A stretch of DNA of 64,000 nt from Synechococcales cyanobacterium VAR_4_metabat_354 (GTDB lineage Bacteria; Cyanobacteriota; Cyanobacteriia; Cyanobacteriales; Chamaesiphonaceae), in assembly GCA_031414775.1 (NCBI GenBank), contig JANOQI010000062.1:32001-96000 (forward strand), read 5' to 3'. Under the pieces are notes generated by a model. It was given only the letters and a program-made list of their open reading frames with translations, was not told the origin of the DNA and did no database searches. Position numbers and translations under genes: made by a program. Of the stretch, positions 18,627-29,696 are shown piece after piece. The stretch's first letter is position 1; every line of letters starts with the position of its first letter.

Positions 18627-19484
18627 TCATTCAATTCCGGTCGGCAAAGGCAGAAAATCTGGCCGCGCCGTTTGATTTCGCTCTAGTTTTAGCTGTAGAA
18701 CATCCCAATCTTCTTGTTCGATCGCCCGTATCGTTTCCGCTAAATCTTGCTGATAACCAGCCAACGCCCGCAACACCTCCGCCCGATTATATTTAGCCAT
18801 CATTAGCCCTAGCTCTGGATTGCCGCCCCCCACCCGACTGGTATCTTTAAAACCAGAACTAGCCAAATCCTTGGCCAACTGCAACACTTGCATCTCACCA
18901 TTGGCCACACAAGCGCTAATCAAACTACCACTGATCATCACCGGCAAATGTGAAATCCAAGCCACCGCTTGGTCGTGTTCTTCTGGTGTGGCGTAGTATA
19001 ACCGCGCCCCCAAAGCTGCCACCAAACTGGCTAATTGATCGATCGAACTCTCCCTTGTCCCAGCGACTGGCGTAATTACATAAGGCTGATCCCGAAACAT
19101 CCCCAGCTCCGCTGACTCAATCCCACTCTCCGCTTTACCAGCCATCGGATGACCACCCACAAAATGCGGCCAAATTTGGGTGGCGGCGGCCACAATCGAA
19201 CCCTTCACTGAACCGGCATCTGTCACCAGCGTTGCTGGTTTGATCAAACCGGCTAATTGTTGAACTGTCGGCACAATATTGGCGATCGGAGTACAGATGA
19301 TGATCGCCTCCATCGCGGCCAAGATTTCCAGCTCCGTCCCCGCCTGGTCAACCAGTCCCCGCCGGGTCGCCTGCTCACAGATGGCCGCTTGCCGACTAGT
19401 ACCCACCACCTGATGCCCCAGCTGCCGCAAATCCCCCGCCAGTGAAGCCCCAATTAAACCCAAGCCGACAATGCCAATTTTCAT
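18627..19484 (-). CDS. tyrA: Prephenate/arogenate dehydrogenase
   Basis: GLGLIGAS, GGHPMAG, HDQAVAWISHLP and SGFKDTSR motifs. Confidence 0.92.
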   Translation of the reverse strand: MKIGIVGLGLIGASLAGDLRQLGHQVVGTSRQAAICEQATRRGLVDQAGTELEILAAMEAIIICTPIANIVPTVQQLAGLIKPATLVTDAGSVKGSIVAAATQIWPHFVGGHPMAGKAESGIESAELGMFRDQPYVITPVAGTRESSIDQLASLVAALGARLYYATPEEHDQAVAWISHLPVMISGSLISACVANGEMQVLQLAKDLASSGFKDTSRVGGGNPELGLMMAKYNRAEVLRALAGYQQDLAETIRAIEQEDWDVLQLKLERNQTARPDFLPLPTGIE

Positions 19485-20506
19485 GGTTCGATCGCTACCT
19501 TAATTACCTTTCGATCGCGCATATCGGCAAAAGCTTGTCCCAAATCGGTCAGCGGCCGATGATCGCTGATTAACAATTGCCAGGGAATAGTGCCACTGGC
19601 AATTAAATCCAGTGCTGCTCGCACGTACTGGGGCGTGTTGTGAAAAACTCCTTTCAGGGTCAGTTCGCTGTAATGCAGCAGATCTGTGGACACGGTAATG
19701 TTGGTTTCCTTGGGGCAACCACCAAATAAGTTAATCGTCGCGCCCGGCCTACCACAGGCGATCGCTGTCTCCCACACCGCTGGCACGCCAGTGGCTTCGA
19801 TCACAATATCGGCTCCCCGGCCAGCGGTCTCAGATTTTACGGTGCTGGGAATATCCGTCAGATCATGATAATTCCAAGTGCAGTGGGCACCGAGCTGTTC
19901 GCCAACGGCTAGTCGATCTTTATTGCCGCCAAATAACCATACTTCTCGGCATTGCTGAGCCAATACCGCCACAAACATTAGTCCGATCGCCCCATCCCCA
20001 ATTATTACCACTTGATCGATCGGTTGGGCGTTACTACGAGCAATCCCGTGTAGTACACAGGCTAATGGCTCGGTCATCGATGCCCAAGAATCGGGTACTT
20101 GCGCTGGAATTCGCAACAGATTTTTCTGAACAATCGGGGCTGGGACTTTTAAATACTCCGCAAAGGTACCATTATTCCAAGTCAAGTTTGGGCAGAGCGA
20201 ATATTCCTGTCGATCGCAAAAAAAACAATTCGCGCAGGGTGCTGAATTATTGGCCACCACTCGATCGCCCACCTGCCAATTAGTAACCCCGGCTCCCACT
20301 TCCACAATCTTCCCTGCCGCTTCATGGCCAAACAAAGTCGGCGGCTTCAGCATTTTGGCATGACCACCCCGCCGCCACACCTTCAGATCCGTGCCACAGG
20401 TGGTCGCCGTCGCTACTTTAATAATTACTTCCCCCGCCCCAGCGGTAGGTGCCGCGACTTGTTCAAGTCGCAGGTCTTCTTGACCATAGAGAACTGCTGC
20501 AAGCAC
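19481..20506 (-). CDS. Zinc-dependent alcohol dehydrogenase
   Basis: CGTD, GHE, CxxCxxC..C and GDGAIG motifs. Confidence 0.9.
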   Translation of the reverse strand: MLAAVLYGQEDLRLEQVAAPTAGAGEVIIKVATATTCGTDLKVWRRGGHAKMLKPPTLFGHEAAGKIVEVGAGVTNWQVGDRVVANNSAPCANCFFCDRQEYSLCPNLTWNNGTFAEYLKVPAPIVQKNLLRIPAQVPDSWASMTEPLACVLHGIARSNAQPIDQVVIIGDGAIGLMFVAVLAQQCREVWLFGGNKDRLAVGEQLGAHCTWNYHDLTDIPSTVKSETAGRGADIVIEATGVPAVWETAIACGRPGATINLFGGCPKETNITVSTDLLHYSELTLKGVFHNTPQYVRAALDLIASGTIPWQLLISDHRPLTDLGQAFADMRDRKVIKVAIEP

Positions 20507-20688
20507 TGGCGATCTTAATAAATTTACATAACGGCTATTTTATCAGCTAGCTGCTATTCCCAGTTTGATCTTCGTCGGCTGCCAAAGTTGTTGCAATACC
20601 AAGATTCACCTCACTCATTTGCTTGAGCTGTAGCAGGTTCAAGGTAGTAAACTACAATAAAAATAGAGTCTAAGCGAGAATTTTTTCC

Positions 20689-21108
20689 ATGGGTGAGCAG
20701 CAAAATTCGGAAGAATCCAAGCTAGTAATTGTTTACTTTGCCAACGGTACCAAGCAGTGGGTAAAAACTGGTAGTACTAATCAGTGGGCAAGAGATGGTG
20801 GTCAGGTTCATAAATTCTACGAAGGCAAAGTCTATAGCACTAGCGACGGCCGGAAAGTAAAGATGAAGCAGCATTTTAAAATGCTGAATGCGGTGTTGAT
20901 GGATATTGAAACTGGTGAGTTTTTGCCGACTGATCGCAGCGACTTACTAGATTTACTGCCCCATGAAAAATCGACAGTCCAAACTTGCAAATGGTGGGAA
21001 GTAGATTGGCAATGCGAAATTGTATTTGAAAAGAGAGTTGAGAAATCGCCCATTAAACATCGCGAAACACCGGTATTACCTCCTGACAACACTTCTGGAA
21101 TTGTGTAG
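20689..21108 (+). CDS. Hypothetical protein
   Basis: 139-aa ORF ending 2 bp before ispD. Confidence 0.6.
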   Translation: MGEQQNSEESKLVIVYFANGTKQWVKTGSTNQWARDGGQVHKFYEGKVYSTSDGRKVKMKQHFKMLNAVLMDIETGEFLPTDRSDLLDLLPHEKSTVQTCKWWEVDWQCEIVFEKRVEKSPIKHRETPVLPPDNTSGIV

Positions 21109-21110
21109 AT

Positions 21111-21830
21111 ATGTATTTACTAATTCCTGCGGCTGGCATGGGTCAGCGGATGAGCGAGGCTTGGGTCAGCCAAGGTGCGGCCCAGCGGAATAAGCTACTT
21201 TTGACTGTTTTAGGCAAACCAATTTTGGCTTGGACGCTACTAGCTGCCGAGTCTGCTCGATCGATCGAATGGATTGGCATTATTGCTCAACCAGAAGATT
21301 GGCCAGATATCAAAAATATTCTGCAACAACTAACTATTACCAAGCCGCTGCAACTAATTGTCGGGGGTACTACCCGCCAAGAATCAGTCTACTGTGGCTT
21401 ACAAGCTCTCCCCCCGACGGCGACTGCTGTCTTGATTCATGATGGAGCTAGATGTTTGGGTAGTGCGACTCTGATCGACAGGTGTGCCCAAGAGCTGAAT
21501 ACCTGCGATGGCTTAGTTGCCGCCGTGCCGGTCAAAGATACTATCAAGATAGTTGATCAACATCAAATTGTCACTAGTACTCCCGACAGGTCTAATCTGT
21601 GGGCAGCGCAAACCCCTCAAGGATTTAAGGTCCAGCTGCTGAAAGATTGTCATGAGCAAGGTCGGCAAATGGGCTGGACCGTAACTGACGATGCGGCGTT
21701 GTTTGAACTCTGTCACCTGCCAGTAAAAATCGTGATGGGGGAAGAAACCAACCTAAAAGTCACGACACCAGAGGATCTAGCGCTAGCCGAGTTGATCTTG
21801 AATCAACGCTTAGATGGGAAATATCGATAA
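21111..21830 (+). CDS. ispD: 2-C-methyl-D-erythritol 4-phosphate cytidylyltransferase
   Basis: PAAGMGQRM, GGTTRQES, IHDGAR, AQTPQ and NLKVTTPEDL motifs. Confidence 0.95.
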   Translation: MYLLIPAAGMGQRMSEAWVSQGAAQRNKLLLTVLGKPILAWTLLAAESARSIEWIGIIAQPEDWPDIKNILQQLTITKPLQLIVGGTTRQESVYCGLQALPPTATAVLIHDGARCLGSATLIDRCAQELNTCDGLVAAVPVKDTIKIVDQHQIVTSTPDRSNLWAAQTPQGFKVQLLKDCHEQGRQMGWTVTDDAALFELCHLPVKIVMGEETNLKVTTPEDLALAELILNQRLDGKYR

Positions 21831-22062
21831 ACAATTAAAACTAAATTCAAATTTAACTACTGCGAGAATTGACAGCTGCCCACAGCAGTTAAATCACTAA
21901 ATCGGAGGCTAGTGTTCTATTTACCTGCATTCTGGGGAATATAAGTAAATACGATACTTTTTGATACCGAATCTTTGGTAGAGAGAGCAGAGTAATATGG
22001 TATATTCTGTCTGTATTCTCTCAACTAATGTAATTCTCCAAATATCTAGCCCCAAAAACCCT

Positions 22063-24147
22063 ATGGCTGTTTTTCCTGCCCATCACCACACTCCACTTCT
22101 GCTGGTTGTAGATGATGATGAGATCGTGAGATCGATGTTGGTAGAAAGTATGAGTCAAGAAGGCTATGAGATTGTAGAAGCCAAAAATGGGGAAGCCGCC
22201 CTAGTAACTTTCCAAGAAAGACAACCAGACATGGTGTTGCTAGATGGCATCATGCCGATGATGGACGGCTTTGACTGTTGTGCTCAACTCAAAAAGTTGC
22301 CTGGGGGAGCGCAAACTCCGGTTTTAATTATTACTGGCTTAGAAGAAACCACCTATGTCGATCGAGCATTTGAAGTAGGTGCCGCAGACTATATTACCAA
22401 GCCCATTCACTGGGCAGTACTGCGGCAGCGCGTCCGCCGCTTACTAGAGCAATCCCAACTCTACCGCGAGCTTAAAGAACAAAATCGCTTGCTAGAACAA
22501 GCCAAACAAGCAGCAGAAGCAGCTACTCGTGCCAAAAGCTCTTTTCTGGCCGCGATGAGTCATGAAATCCGCACTCCAATGAATGGCGTTATTGGGATGA
22601 CCGGTTTGCTTCTAGACACCGAGCTTAACTCTCAACAATATGAATTTGTTAATACCATCCGCAACAGTGGTGATACTCTTCTAACTTTAATTAACGATAT
22701 TTTAGATTTCTCTAAAATCGAATCAGGCAACTTAGAACTAGAGCAGCAACCCTTAAATATTCGCGACTGCATCGAAGCAACCTTAGATATGCTGGCACCC
22801 AAAGCCACCGAACAAGGTTTAGAACTAGCTTATTTTGCCCATAAAAATGTGCCCAGTAGCATCATTGGAGATGTGACCCGAATTAAGCAAATTCTCGTGA
22901 ACTTAATAGGCAATGGCTTAAAGTTCACTCCCCAAGGCGAAGTGATCGTCATGATCACCAGTCGCCTCGTCCATAAGACTGTGGGCAATAATCCAGCTAT
23001 TGCTCCTATTTACGAGATTAAATTTGCAGTACGCGATACCGGCATCGGTATTCCTGGGGATAAGCTCGATCGTCTATTCAAAGCTTTTAGTCAGGTAGAT
23101 TCTTCCACCACTCGCAATTATGGTGGCACAGGTCTTGGTTTGGCCATCAGTCGGCGGCTGGTAGAAATTATGAATGGCAAGATGTGGGTAGAAAGTGAAG
23201 AACAGCGGGGTTCTACTTTTTCCTTCACCATTACCGCTCAGGTGGCTCCCATCAGTTATGCCCAACCTAAAACCAAGCTCCGCTCATCCAGCCATTTTCA
23301 CCATAAGCGACTGCTGATTGTCGAAGATAACAGCACTCATCGCAAAATTCTCAAACACCAAGCTCAGTCTTGGGGCATGGTGCCCTATGCCACATCTTCA
23401 GGCGCAGAAGCACTACGCCTCTTGGAACTACACAACCACTTTGACTTAGCGATCCTCGACCTGCAAATGCCCGGAATGAATGGACTGGAACTGGCTCAAA
23501 GAATCAGCCAAATTCCTCAGTATCGCCAGCTACCAATCATCGTGCTTAGTGCCCTAGGGGTTAGCCCCGCCGATCTAGAAAAATCGACCGTGAGTTTTGC
23601 GGCTGTTCTGAGTAAGCCGGTGAAACAATTTCATTTGTATGAAGCTCTAGTTCAAGCACTTGGCAATCAGCCAACATTAAATCAGGAAAGAGCTACTCCC
23701 CAAGATATTCTGGCTCCCAAACAACAACTTCGCATCCTGCTAGCTGAAGACAATCCCGTTAATCAAAAAGTAGCCATGCACATGCTGAAGCGGATTGGCT
23801 ACCAAGCTGACATGGTGATGAATGGCGCCGAGGTTTTAGATCGACTGCGGATGTCTCAATATGATGTGGTGTTAATGGATTTACAAATGCCCAAAATAGA
23901 TGGACTAGAAGCTACCCGCCGCATTATTTCAGAATTTGCCCCGGAGTGTCGCCCCCAAATTATTGCGATGACTGCTAATGCCATGGATGGCGATCGAGAG
24001 GTCTGTTTGGCGGCAGGTATGAACAACTACATCACTAAGCCAGTAAAAATCGAGCAGTTAGCAGAAGTTTTGAGTCGCTGTCAGCCGCTGCTTCACTACA
24101 AACCGCTGGTGAGCACACATCAACAGCAGATCAGTCATGCCCTATAG
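22063..24147 (+). CDS. Hybrid histidine kinase (REC-HisKA-HATPase-REC-REC)
   Basis: [12 protein letters not shown]-box, N/G1/F/G2 boxes, three receiver domains. Confidence 0.92.
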   Translation: MAVFPAHHHTPLLLVVDDDEIVRSMLVESMSQEGYEIVEAKNGEAALVTFQERQPDMVLLDGIMPMMDGFDCCAQLKKLPGGAQTPVLIITGLEETTYVDRAFEVGAADYITKPIHWAVLRQRVRRLLEQSQLYRELKEQNRLLEQAKQAAEAATRAKSSFLAAMSHEIRTPMNGVIGMTGLLLDTELNSQQYEFVNTIRNSGDTLLTLINDILDFSKIESGNLELEQQPLNIRDCIEATLDMLAPKATEQGLELAYFAHKNVPSSIIGDVTRIKQILVNLIGNGLKFTPQGEVIVMITSRLVHKTVGNNPAIAPIYEIKFAVRDTGIGIPGDKLDRLFKAFSQVDSSTTRNYGGTGLGLAISRRLVEIMNGKMWVESEEQRGSTFSFTITAQVAPISYAQPKTKLRSSSHFHHKRLLIVEDNSTHRKILKHQAQSWGMVPYATSSGAEALRLLELHNHFDLAILDLQMPGMNGLELAQRISQIPQYRQLPIIVLSALGVSPADLEKSTVSFAAVLSKPVKQFHLYEALVQALGNQPTLNQERATPQDILAPKQQLRILLAEDNPVNQKVAMHMLKRIGYQADMVMNGAEVLDRLRMSQYDVVLMDLQMPKIDGLEATRRIISEFAPECRPQIIAMTANAMDGDREVCLAAGMNNYITKPVKIEQLAEVLSRCQPLLHYKPLVSTHQQQISHAL

Positions 24148-24538
24148 CTATCAAGTACAGTTGCGCGATACTGATGCAGCTGGAGTTGTTTATTTTGCCA
24201 ACTTGTTAGCAATTTGCCATGGAGCCTATGAATCATCGATGGCTAATGCTGGCATTAATCTGAAGGAAATGGTGACGAGTCCCCTCCTGGCACTGCCGAT
24301 CATCCACGCTAGTATCGATTTCCAGCAACCAATTTATTGTGGCGATCGACTGCAAATTCATCTGACTCCCTCTATTCATAGTAGTAATGAATTTAGGGTA
24401 AGCTATCAAATCTGTTTAGCGGCTGGTCAGGTGGCCGGTCGAGCAATTACTAAACATGTGTCGATCGATCCCGCCACCCGCAAACGGAGTAATTTGCCGC
24501 AGATGATTGTGGATTGGATCTCTGCTCATCAGAATTAG
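24137..24538 (+). CDS. 1,4-dihydroxy-2-naphthoyl-CoA hydrolase (hotdog thioesterase)
   Basis: [22 protein letters not shown] motif. Confidence 0.85.
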   Translation: MPYSYQVQLRDTDAAGVVYFANLLAICHGAYESSMANAGINLKEMVTSPLLALPIIHASIDFQQPIYCGDRLQIHLTPSIHSSNEFRVSYQICLAAGQVAGRAITKHVSIDPATRKRSNLPQMIVDWISAHQN

Positions 24539-25749
24539 GATAGAGCCTGGACGGCAGCTTGGTACTGCGGATCTGTACTTAGATCACTCAAATTGCTACT
24601 GCCGTTGGGGTTAGCCAGTGCCACGATCTGTGGTTCAATTCCTTTCTTATGAATATCCCGATGATCTGGTGTTTCATACTTAGCTACGGTCACAGCTAGG
24701 CCGCTACCATCCGGTAACTCAAACAAAGACTGGATTAGACCTTTGCCAAAAGTTTTTTCGCCGACGATGACCGCTCGATCATTATCTTGCAGTGCCCCGG
24801 CCAAAATTTCACTGGCACTGGCCGTCCCCGCATTAACTAATACCGCCAAAGGAGCGCTGGTGAGCGCTTGGTGATTGGCTTCAAAATTGTCCAAAACGCC
24901 CTGGCGATTGACCGTGTAAACAATGGTGCCGGTATCCAGCCACATTCTGGCAATATCCACACCCGCTGTCACCAAGCCACCGGGGTTATCACGCAGATCC
25001 AAGATATAAGCCTTGGCTCCCTTGCCGTCTAAATTTTTAATGGCAGCAGCTACTTCTTGAGGCGCTTTGGCGCTGAACTGCGCCAGCCGAATGTAACCGA
25101 TCGACTGTTTCTTACTTGGCCGGAGTTCGGCGATCACTGGGTGTAAATCAATTTTTTGGCGCGCTAATATCACTTCCCGGGCGGGCTGTCCCGGTGACTG
25201 GATGATCAGACTAATATTGGTGCCCGCCGGGCCACGCATCCGAGCGGCGGCGGTGTCTAAATCTAGATCGGTGGTGAGAGTAGCATCTACTTGCAAGATC
25301 AGATCATGCGTTTTAATGCCTGCCCGTGCGGCGGGGGAACCAGCAATTGGCGCAATCACCTCAATTTGCTTGGTTTTTTCTTGCAGCCCAATCTGTAAAC
25401 CCACGCCAAATAGTTCGCCCGCTGTACTAACCTGAAGGCTGCGATACTGTTCTGGATTGAGAAAGCGGGTAAAAGGTTCATCTAAGCTGGCTAACATCTT
25501 CTCGATCGATTGATAAGCCGCCGCCGGATTAGTAATATTTTGCTTGATCGTGCGATCGCGCACCAGCCACCAGTTTTGATGATTAAAAGTCTCGTCGTAG
25601 TAAGCCTGATTCACCGTCCGCCAAGCTTGCAATACCAGCTGTTGCTCAGAGCTGAAAGCTAGCGCCACCGGTTGCCCCAGTAGCCAAAACCAAGCTACTT
25701 GCATTACCAACAATAGGCTGCACATCAGGCTCCGATTAACCATCTTCAC
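24535..25749 (-). CDS. ctpA: D1 C-terminal processing protease
   Basis: PDZ domain, LDLRDNPGG, TASASEILAGAL, TFGKGLIQ; divergent from petB. Confidence 0.88.
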   Translation of the reverse strand: MKMVNRSLMCSLLLVMQVAWFWLLGQPVALAFSSEQQLVLQAWRTVNQAYYDETFNHQNWWLVRDRTIKQNITNPAAAYQSIEKMLASLDEPFTRFLNPEQYRSLQVSTAGELFGVGLQIGLQEKTKQIEVIAPIAGSPAARAGIKTHDLILQVDATLTTDLDLDTAAARMRGPAGTNISLIIQSPGQPAREVILARQKIDLHPVIAELRPSKKQSIGYIRLAQFSAKAPQEVAAAIKNLDGKGAKAYILDLRDNPGGLVTAGVDIARMWLDTGTIVYTVNRQGVLDNFEANHQALTSAPLAVLVNAGTASASEILAGALQDNDRAVIVGEKTFGKGLIQSLFELPDGSGLAVTVAKYETPDHRDIHKKGIEPQIVALANPNGSSNLSDLSTDPQYQAAVQALS

Positions 25750-26055
25750 AAATTACCTGCCAGATTAAGATTTATAAATTAACTTGATTGCGATAGTCTA
25801 ACATAGCTCTAGGCTAGCAAACACTAGACCTAGAGCTTATCTAGCGCTCTTTTTACCCTACCCGCAACCATTAAAAAGTGTTAAATTTAGTAGTGGCAGA
25901 TTAAAAAATCTCCCTCATCAGCAGCGAGAATCTAATTTTTGACCATCTACTCCTGGTGGGTGATTGAACTCTCAAGTTCTCGTTATCATCAACCGCTCCA
26001 GCGGCTTTCGCTGTTAGCGATATAATTGACAAACTCATAAAAAAATAATCACTTC

Positions 26056-26724
26056 ATGTTCACCAAGCAGGTTACTAACAGTAAAACCTACCAATGGTTT
26101 AACGAACGTCTAGAAGTGGAAGCCATCTCGGATGACATTTCTAGTAAGTACGTTCCTCCACACGTAAATATTTTCTACTGCTTAGGCGGTATCACGCTGA
26201 TGTGTTTTATCATTCAGTTTGCTACTGGCTTTGCTATGACTTTTTACTACAGCCCCACTGTGGCCGAAGCTTTTAATTCTGTCCAGTTCATCATGACTCA
26301 GGTTAACTTCGGTTGGCTGCTGCGATCGATCCACCGGTGGAGCGCCAGCATGATGGTCCTGATGATGATTCTGCACACTTTCCGGGTGTACTTAACTGGT
26401 GGCTTCAAAAAGCCCCGCGAGTTAACCTGGATTACTGGCGTCATCTTGGCAGTAATCACCGTCAGCTTTGGGGTAACTGGTTATTCCCTACCTTGGGATC
26501 AAATTGGTTACTGGGCAGTCAAAATCGTATCTGGTGTGCCTGAAGCTATTCCAGTAGTGGGCGTAGCCATGGCTGATTTGCTACGGGGTGGTTCTAGCGT
26601 TGGTCAAGCAACCCTAACTCGCTACTACAGTTTACACACTTTCGTCTTGCCTTGGTTCATTGCTGTTTTCATGTTGCTGCACTTCCTGATGATTCGGAAG
26701 CAAGGCATCAGCGGCCCATTGTAA
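26056..26724 (+). CDS. petB: Cytochrome b6
   Basis: [15 protein letters not shown]...RKQGISGPL. Confidence 0.99.
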   Translation: MFTKQVTNSKTYQWFNERLEVEAISDDISSKYVPPHVNIFYCLGGITLMCFIIQFATGFAMTFYYSPTVAEAFNSVQFIMTQVNFGWLLRSIHRWSASMMVLMMILHTFRVYLTGGFKKPRELTWITGVILAVITVSFGVTGYSLPWDQIGYWAVKIVSGVPEAIPVVGVAMADLLRGGSSVGQATLTRYYSLHTFVLPWFIAVFMLLHFLMIRKQGISGPL

Positions 26725-26762
26725 GCTACAACCATTTTTGAAAAATAAAGAGTAGAAAACCT

Positions 26763-27245
26763 ATGGCAACAATTAAAAAGCCGGATCTATCAGATCCTAG
26801 TTTGCGCGCCAAACTAGCCGAAGGCATGGGACACAACTATTATGGTGAACCAGCTTGGCCAAATGACCTGCTGTATATTTTCCCAGTGGTAATGCTGGGG
26901 ACAATCGGCTGTTGTGTCGCTTTAGCTGTCCTCGACCCTGCTGTACAAGGCGAACCAGCGAATCCCTTTGCTACCCCCCTAGAAATTTTACCAGAGTGGT
27001 ATTTGTGGCCAGCATTCCAAATGCTGCGGGTATTACCTAACAAATTGTTAGGAATAGCTGCCATGTCGGGTATTCCTTTGGGCTTGTTGATCGTACCTTT
27101 TGTCGAAAACGTCAACAAGTTTCAAAATCCTTTCCGTCGTCCTCTAGCGATGGCTGTATTCCTGTTTGGGACAGTTTTCACTATTTACCTAGGTATTGGT
27201 GCGGCACTGCCGATCGACAAGTCTCTAACTTTAGGTCTATTTTAA
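26763..27245 (+). CDS. petD: Cytochrome b6f subunit IV
   Basis: [16 protein letters not shown] and PEWY motifs. Confidence 0.99.
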   Translation: MATIKKPDLSDPSLRAKLAEGMGHNYYGEPAWPNDLLYIFPVVMLGTIGCCVALAVLDPAVQGEPANPFATPLEILPEWYLWPAFQMLRVLPNKLLGIAAMSGIPLGLLIVPFVENVNKFQNPFRRPLAMAVFLFGTVFTIYLGIGAALPIDKSLTLGLF

Positions 27246-27408
27246 TTTTGGTACAACACCATTCATTCCCTAGAAATTGGGCATAGTGATGTTGTACCTC
27301 AAAATAGTTTTGATATTTTTGGGAGTCAGCTAGTGTATAACTGGCTGACTCTTTCTTAGGGAGATGTCGATCGCGTTAAAATAAAAATCAAGGTAATAAG
27401 GAGGCGTT

Positions 27409-27774
27409 GTGACGTATAACAGTCCAAAAATCTGGCAACTTAATTTAGCAGGGTTAAAACCCTTACTCAATATTATCTTGATTGCTTTGCTCCTCGGCAG
27501 TTTGGGCTTAGGTTGGCTAGTCAAATCGGCTTTATTCTTGGTAGGGTTAGTAATACTTGTGCCAGTGATTGGAATTTTAGGCTTTGCTTGGTGGTCAAAA
27601 CAAAACATCGTGCAGGATACCTGTCCGGTGTGTAGTTTCGAGCTAACGGGGCTAAATGGGACAGGGTTAGATTGTCCTAGTTGTGGTGAAGCTCTTAAGG
27701 TAGAAAATGGTCAGGTCGTACGAATCTCGCTTCCTAATACGATCGATATCGCCGCCGTGGAAGTAGAAGGCTAA
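27409..27774 (+). CDS. Conserved cyanobacterial membrane protein with Zn-ribbon
   Basis: Two TM helices, CPVC...CPSC. Confidence 0.75.
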   Translation: MTYNSPKIWQLNLAGLKPLLNIILIALLLGSLGLGWLVKSALFLVGLVILVPVIGILGFAWWSKQNIVQDTCPVCSFELTGLNGTGLDCPSCGEALKVENGQVVRISLPNTIDIAAVEVEG

Positions 27775-27820
27775 TTTTTCAAAATTTTAATCACCCTTTT
27801 GTAATTTTCAACTTTTAACC

Positions 27821-28162
27821 ATGAGTAATCCCCAACAGCAAGAATGGCAACAGAAACTCAAAAATCTCAAAATTGAGGTGGATGCCGCCGCTGAAAATAG
27901 CCGTATTCCCGAAGTTCTACCTAAGATCGATGCTGATACTTTCAATCCGGCGGCTTGGCAAGAGCGTCTGTTTCAAACCCGTAATTGGTTTGAACAAGTT
28001 CCAGCTAGCGGCAAGTTAGCAGTGATCGCTGGTAGTGCCATTGGTGGTCTGATTTTACTCAAGACTGTTTTTCAGCTGGTAACTTCGTTAATTACTTTGG
28101 CGGTGGTCGCAGTTGGTATATCCTTTGCCTACCGCTATTTGATTACGCCCAAGGCTGATTAA
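27821..28162 (+). CDS. Hypothetical membrane protein
   Basis: 113 aa, two C-terminal hydrophobic helices. Confidence 0.7.
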   Translation: MSNPQQQEWQQKLKNLKIEVDAAAENSRIPEVLPKIDADTFNPAAWQERLFQTRNWFEQVPASGKLAVIAGSAIGGLILLKTVFQLVTSLITLAVVAVGISFAYRYLITPKAD

Positions 28163-28566
28163 GTTGATTTATTTGACATTACAGCCATCAAGCCCAAATG
28201 TTCGACAAAAGGTATAAAGTCTTTGTCGGAGAATAGCAGCGCATGTCCATTTTCGATACAGAACGTAGCTATCATTACGTCGATTGTCTTTCTGATAGTG
28301 ATTCCTTTTTTTCGTAATTCTCTAAAATTATCGGCACTCTTGATAGCCGTTATCGATCCAAGCATCTCAAATACAGTTAGCGAAGTCAGTAATCGTTTTG
28401 CTGTCTGGTAGTCACGATCCTGGCGAAGTCCTTGCAATACTTCGGCCAAAATCAGATCGCCAACACCTAGTAAATCTGTTTCCAGCAGTTTATCGAGTTT
28501 AGCCACTTCAGGAATATCCGTACCATTAAAGTAGTCAATCCAAACACTAGAATCTACAATAATCAT
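28159..28566 (-). CDS. vapC: PIN-domain toxin
   Basis: IIVDSSVWID, EVLQG, RKTIDVMIA and DKDF motifs. Confidence 0.92.
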   Translation of the reverse strand: MIIVDSSVWIDYFNGTDIPEVAKLDKLLETDLLGVGDLILAEVLQGLRQDRDYQTAKRLLTSLTVFEMLGSITAIKSADNFRELRKKGITIRKTIDVMIATFCIENGHALLFSDKDFIPFVEHLGLMAVMSNKST

Positions 28567-28757
28567 CCATCAGTTCTCATCGATTCTAAATCTCCATCCC
28601 ACTGGAGCTTTCCTTTAAAATCTCGAATACTTTGTTGCTTGGATAATCTTACTAGGGTTTGCAGCGCTAATTCCACTGTCTCTTTTTTTGATTTTACGCC
28701 AGTGGCTTGCATGGCGGCATTCATCAGGTCGTCATCTATTAGTATATTAGTTCTCAT
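28563..28757 (-). CDS. vapB: VapB antitoxin
   Basis: MRTNILIDDDLM...WDGDLESMR; overlaps vapC start. Confidence 0.9.
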   Translation of the reverse strand: MRTNILIDDDLMNAAMQATGVKSKKETVELALQTLVRLSKQQSIRDFKGKLQWDGDLESMRTDG

Positions 28758-28758
28758 G

Positions 28759-28792
28759 CAATGTGTGTAAATAGTATTATTAATACACATTG
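28759..28792. promoter_or_regulatory. Probable VapBC operator
   Basis: IR caatgtgt ... acacattg directly upstream of the vapB ATG. Confidence 0.45.
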
Positions 28793-28886
28793 TAACTGAA
28801 AGAGAATTTTTCGTGGAATCAGCGATCAGGTTTAACTAGATGAGACATTTAAAGTAAATCACGCCAGTTCTGGGGTAAGAAAGGGT

Positions 28887-29624
28887 CTACAAAGCTTTAA
28901 ATATGCCCGGTTCGGTTCTGATCGGAATTGCCGTGACATTATCCAGCGCCGCGCAGTATTGAATGTCGATATCACAATTGAGACGGAGCAGACGTTGGCC
29001 ATGGCTGGCTAGCCGTAATAACTCCACTAAGTCATTTTGCCACTGCTGGTACAAACTGATCGCGGCTACCGTCTCATCGTTACCAGCGAAATCTTTTAAC
29101 TCCTTGCCCTGGAGCTTTTCTTGCAAACTGTGAGTGATCGCCCCCGCACAAACAGTATCTTCGAGGGCATAATTGCCTTCCCATCCCGATCCAACAATCC
29201 AGACCGTCTCGGGTTTTAGTTCAAGCAAGTAATCTACGATTGCTGATCGATTAATTAAAGCGGCGGCTAATACGGTTTTAGCACCTGCAATCCTTTGCAG
29301 CGTCCGAGTACCATTGGTCGTACTAATAAATAGTCGCTTGCCACCCACCACATCGGGCGTACAATCTAACGGCGAATTGCCTAAATCACAGCCTTCTACC
29401 TTAGAACCACCCCGTTCACCACCACGCAATCTTTTGGCTGCTGGCCAGCTCTCGCTCTTGGCCATCAGCGTATCCATATCGAGAAAGGCTTCGATCGCTT
29501 CCGCCCCAGAGGCTAAAGCCGTTACCATGGTAGTGGTCGCCCGCAACACATCGATGGCGATCGCACAATCCGGCGCATGGTCGGTGGGGGTTAGTTCAGG
29601 AGTGTGATAAACAGATACTTTCAC
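28887..29624 (-). CDS. comB: 2-phosphosulfolactate phosphatase family protein
   Basis: [18 protein letters not shown] and STTNGT motifs. Confidence 0.88.
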   Translation of the reverse strand: MKVSVYHTPELTPTDHAPDCAIAIDVLRATTTMVTALASGAEAIEAFLDMDTLMAKSESWPAAKRLRGGERGGSKVEGCDLGNSPLDCTPDVVGGKRLFISTTNGTRTLQRIAGAKTVLAAALINRSAIVDYLLELKPETVWIVGSGWEGNYALEDTVCAGAITHSLQEKLQGKELKDFAGNDETVAAISLYQQWQNDLVELLRLASHGQRLLRLNCDIDIQYCAALDNVTAIPIRTEPGIFKAL

Positions 29625-29696
29625 AGTTTTAATAAGTATAAATACTAAAAATAATCTAAGCTTTCAATTCTAACCCGTAGCCTGGAGCATTCGACG

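Noticed and set aside
21150..21185. Extra residues in IspD (SEAWVSQGAAQ) as another SDR insert
   Set aside because: No CG^ATCG flanks and no similarity to the other inserts.
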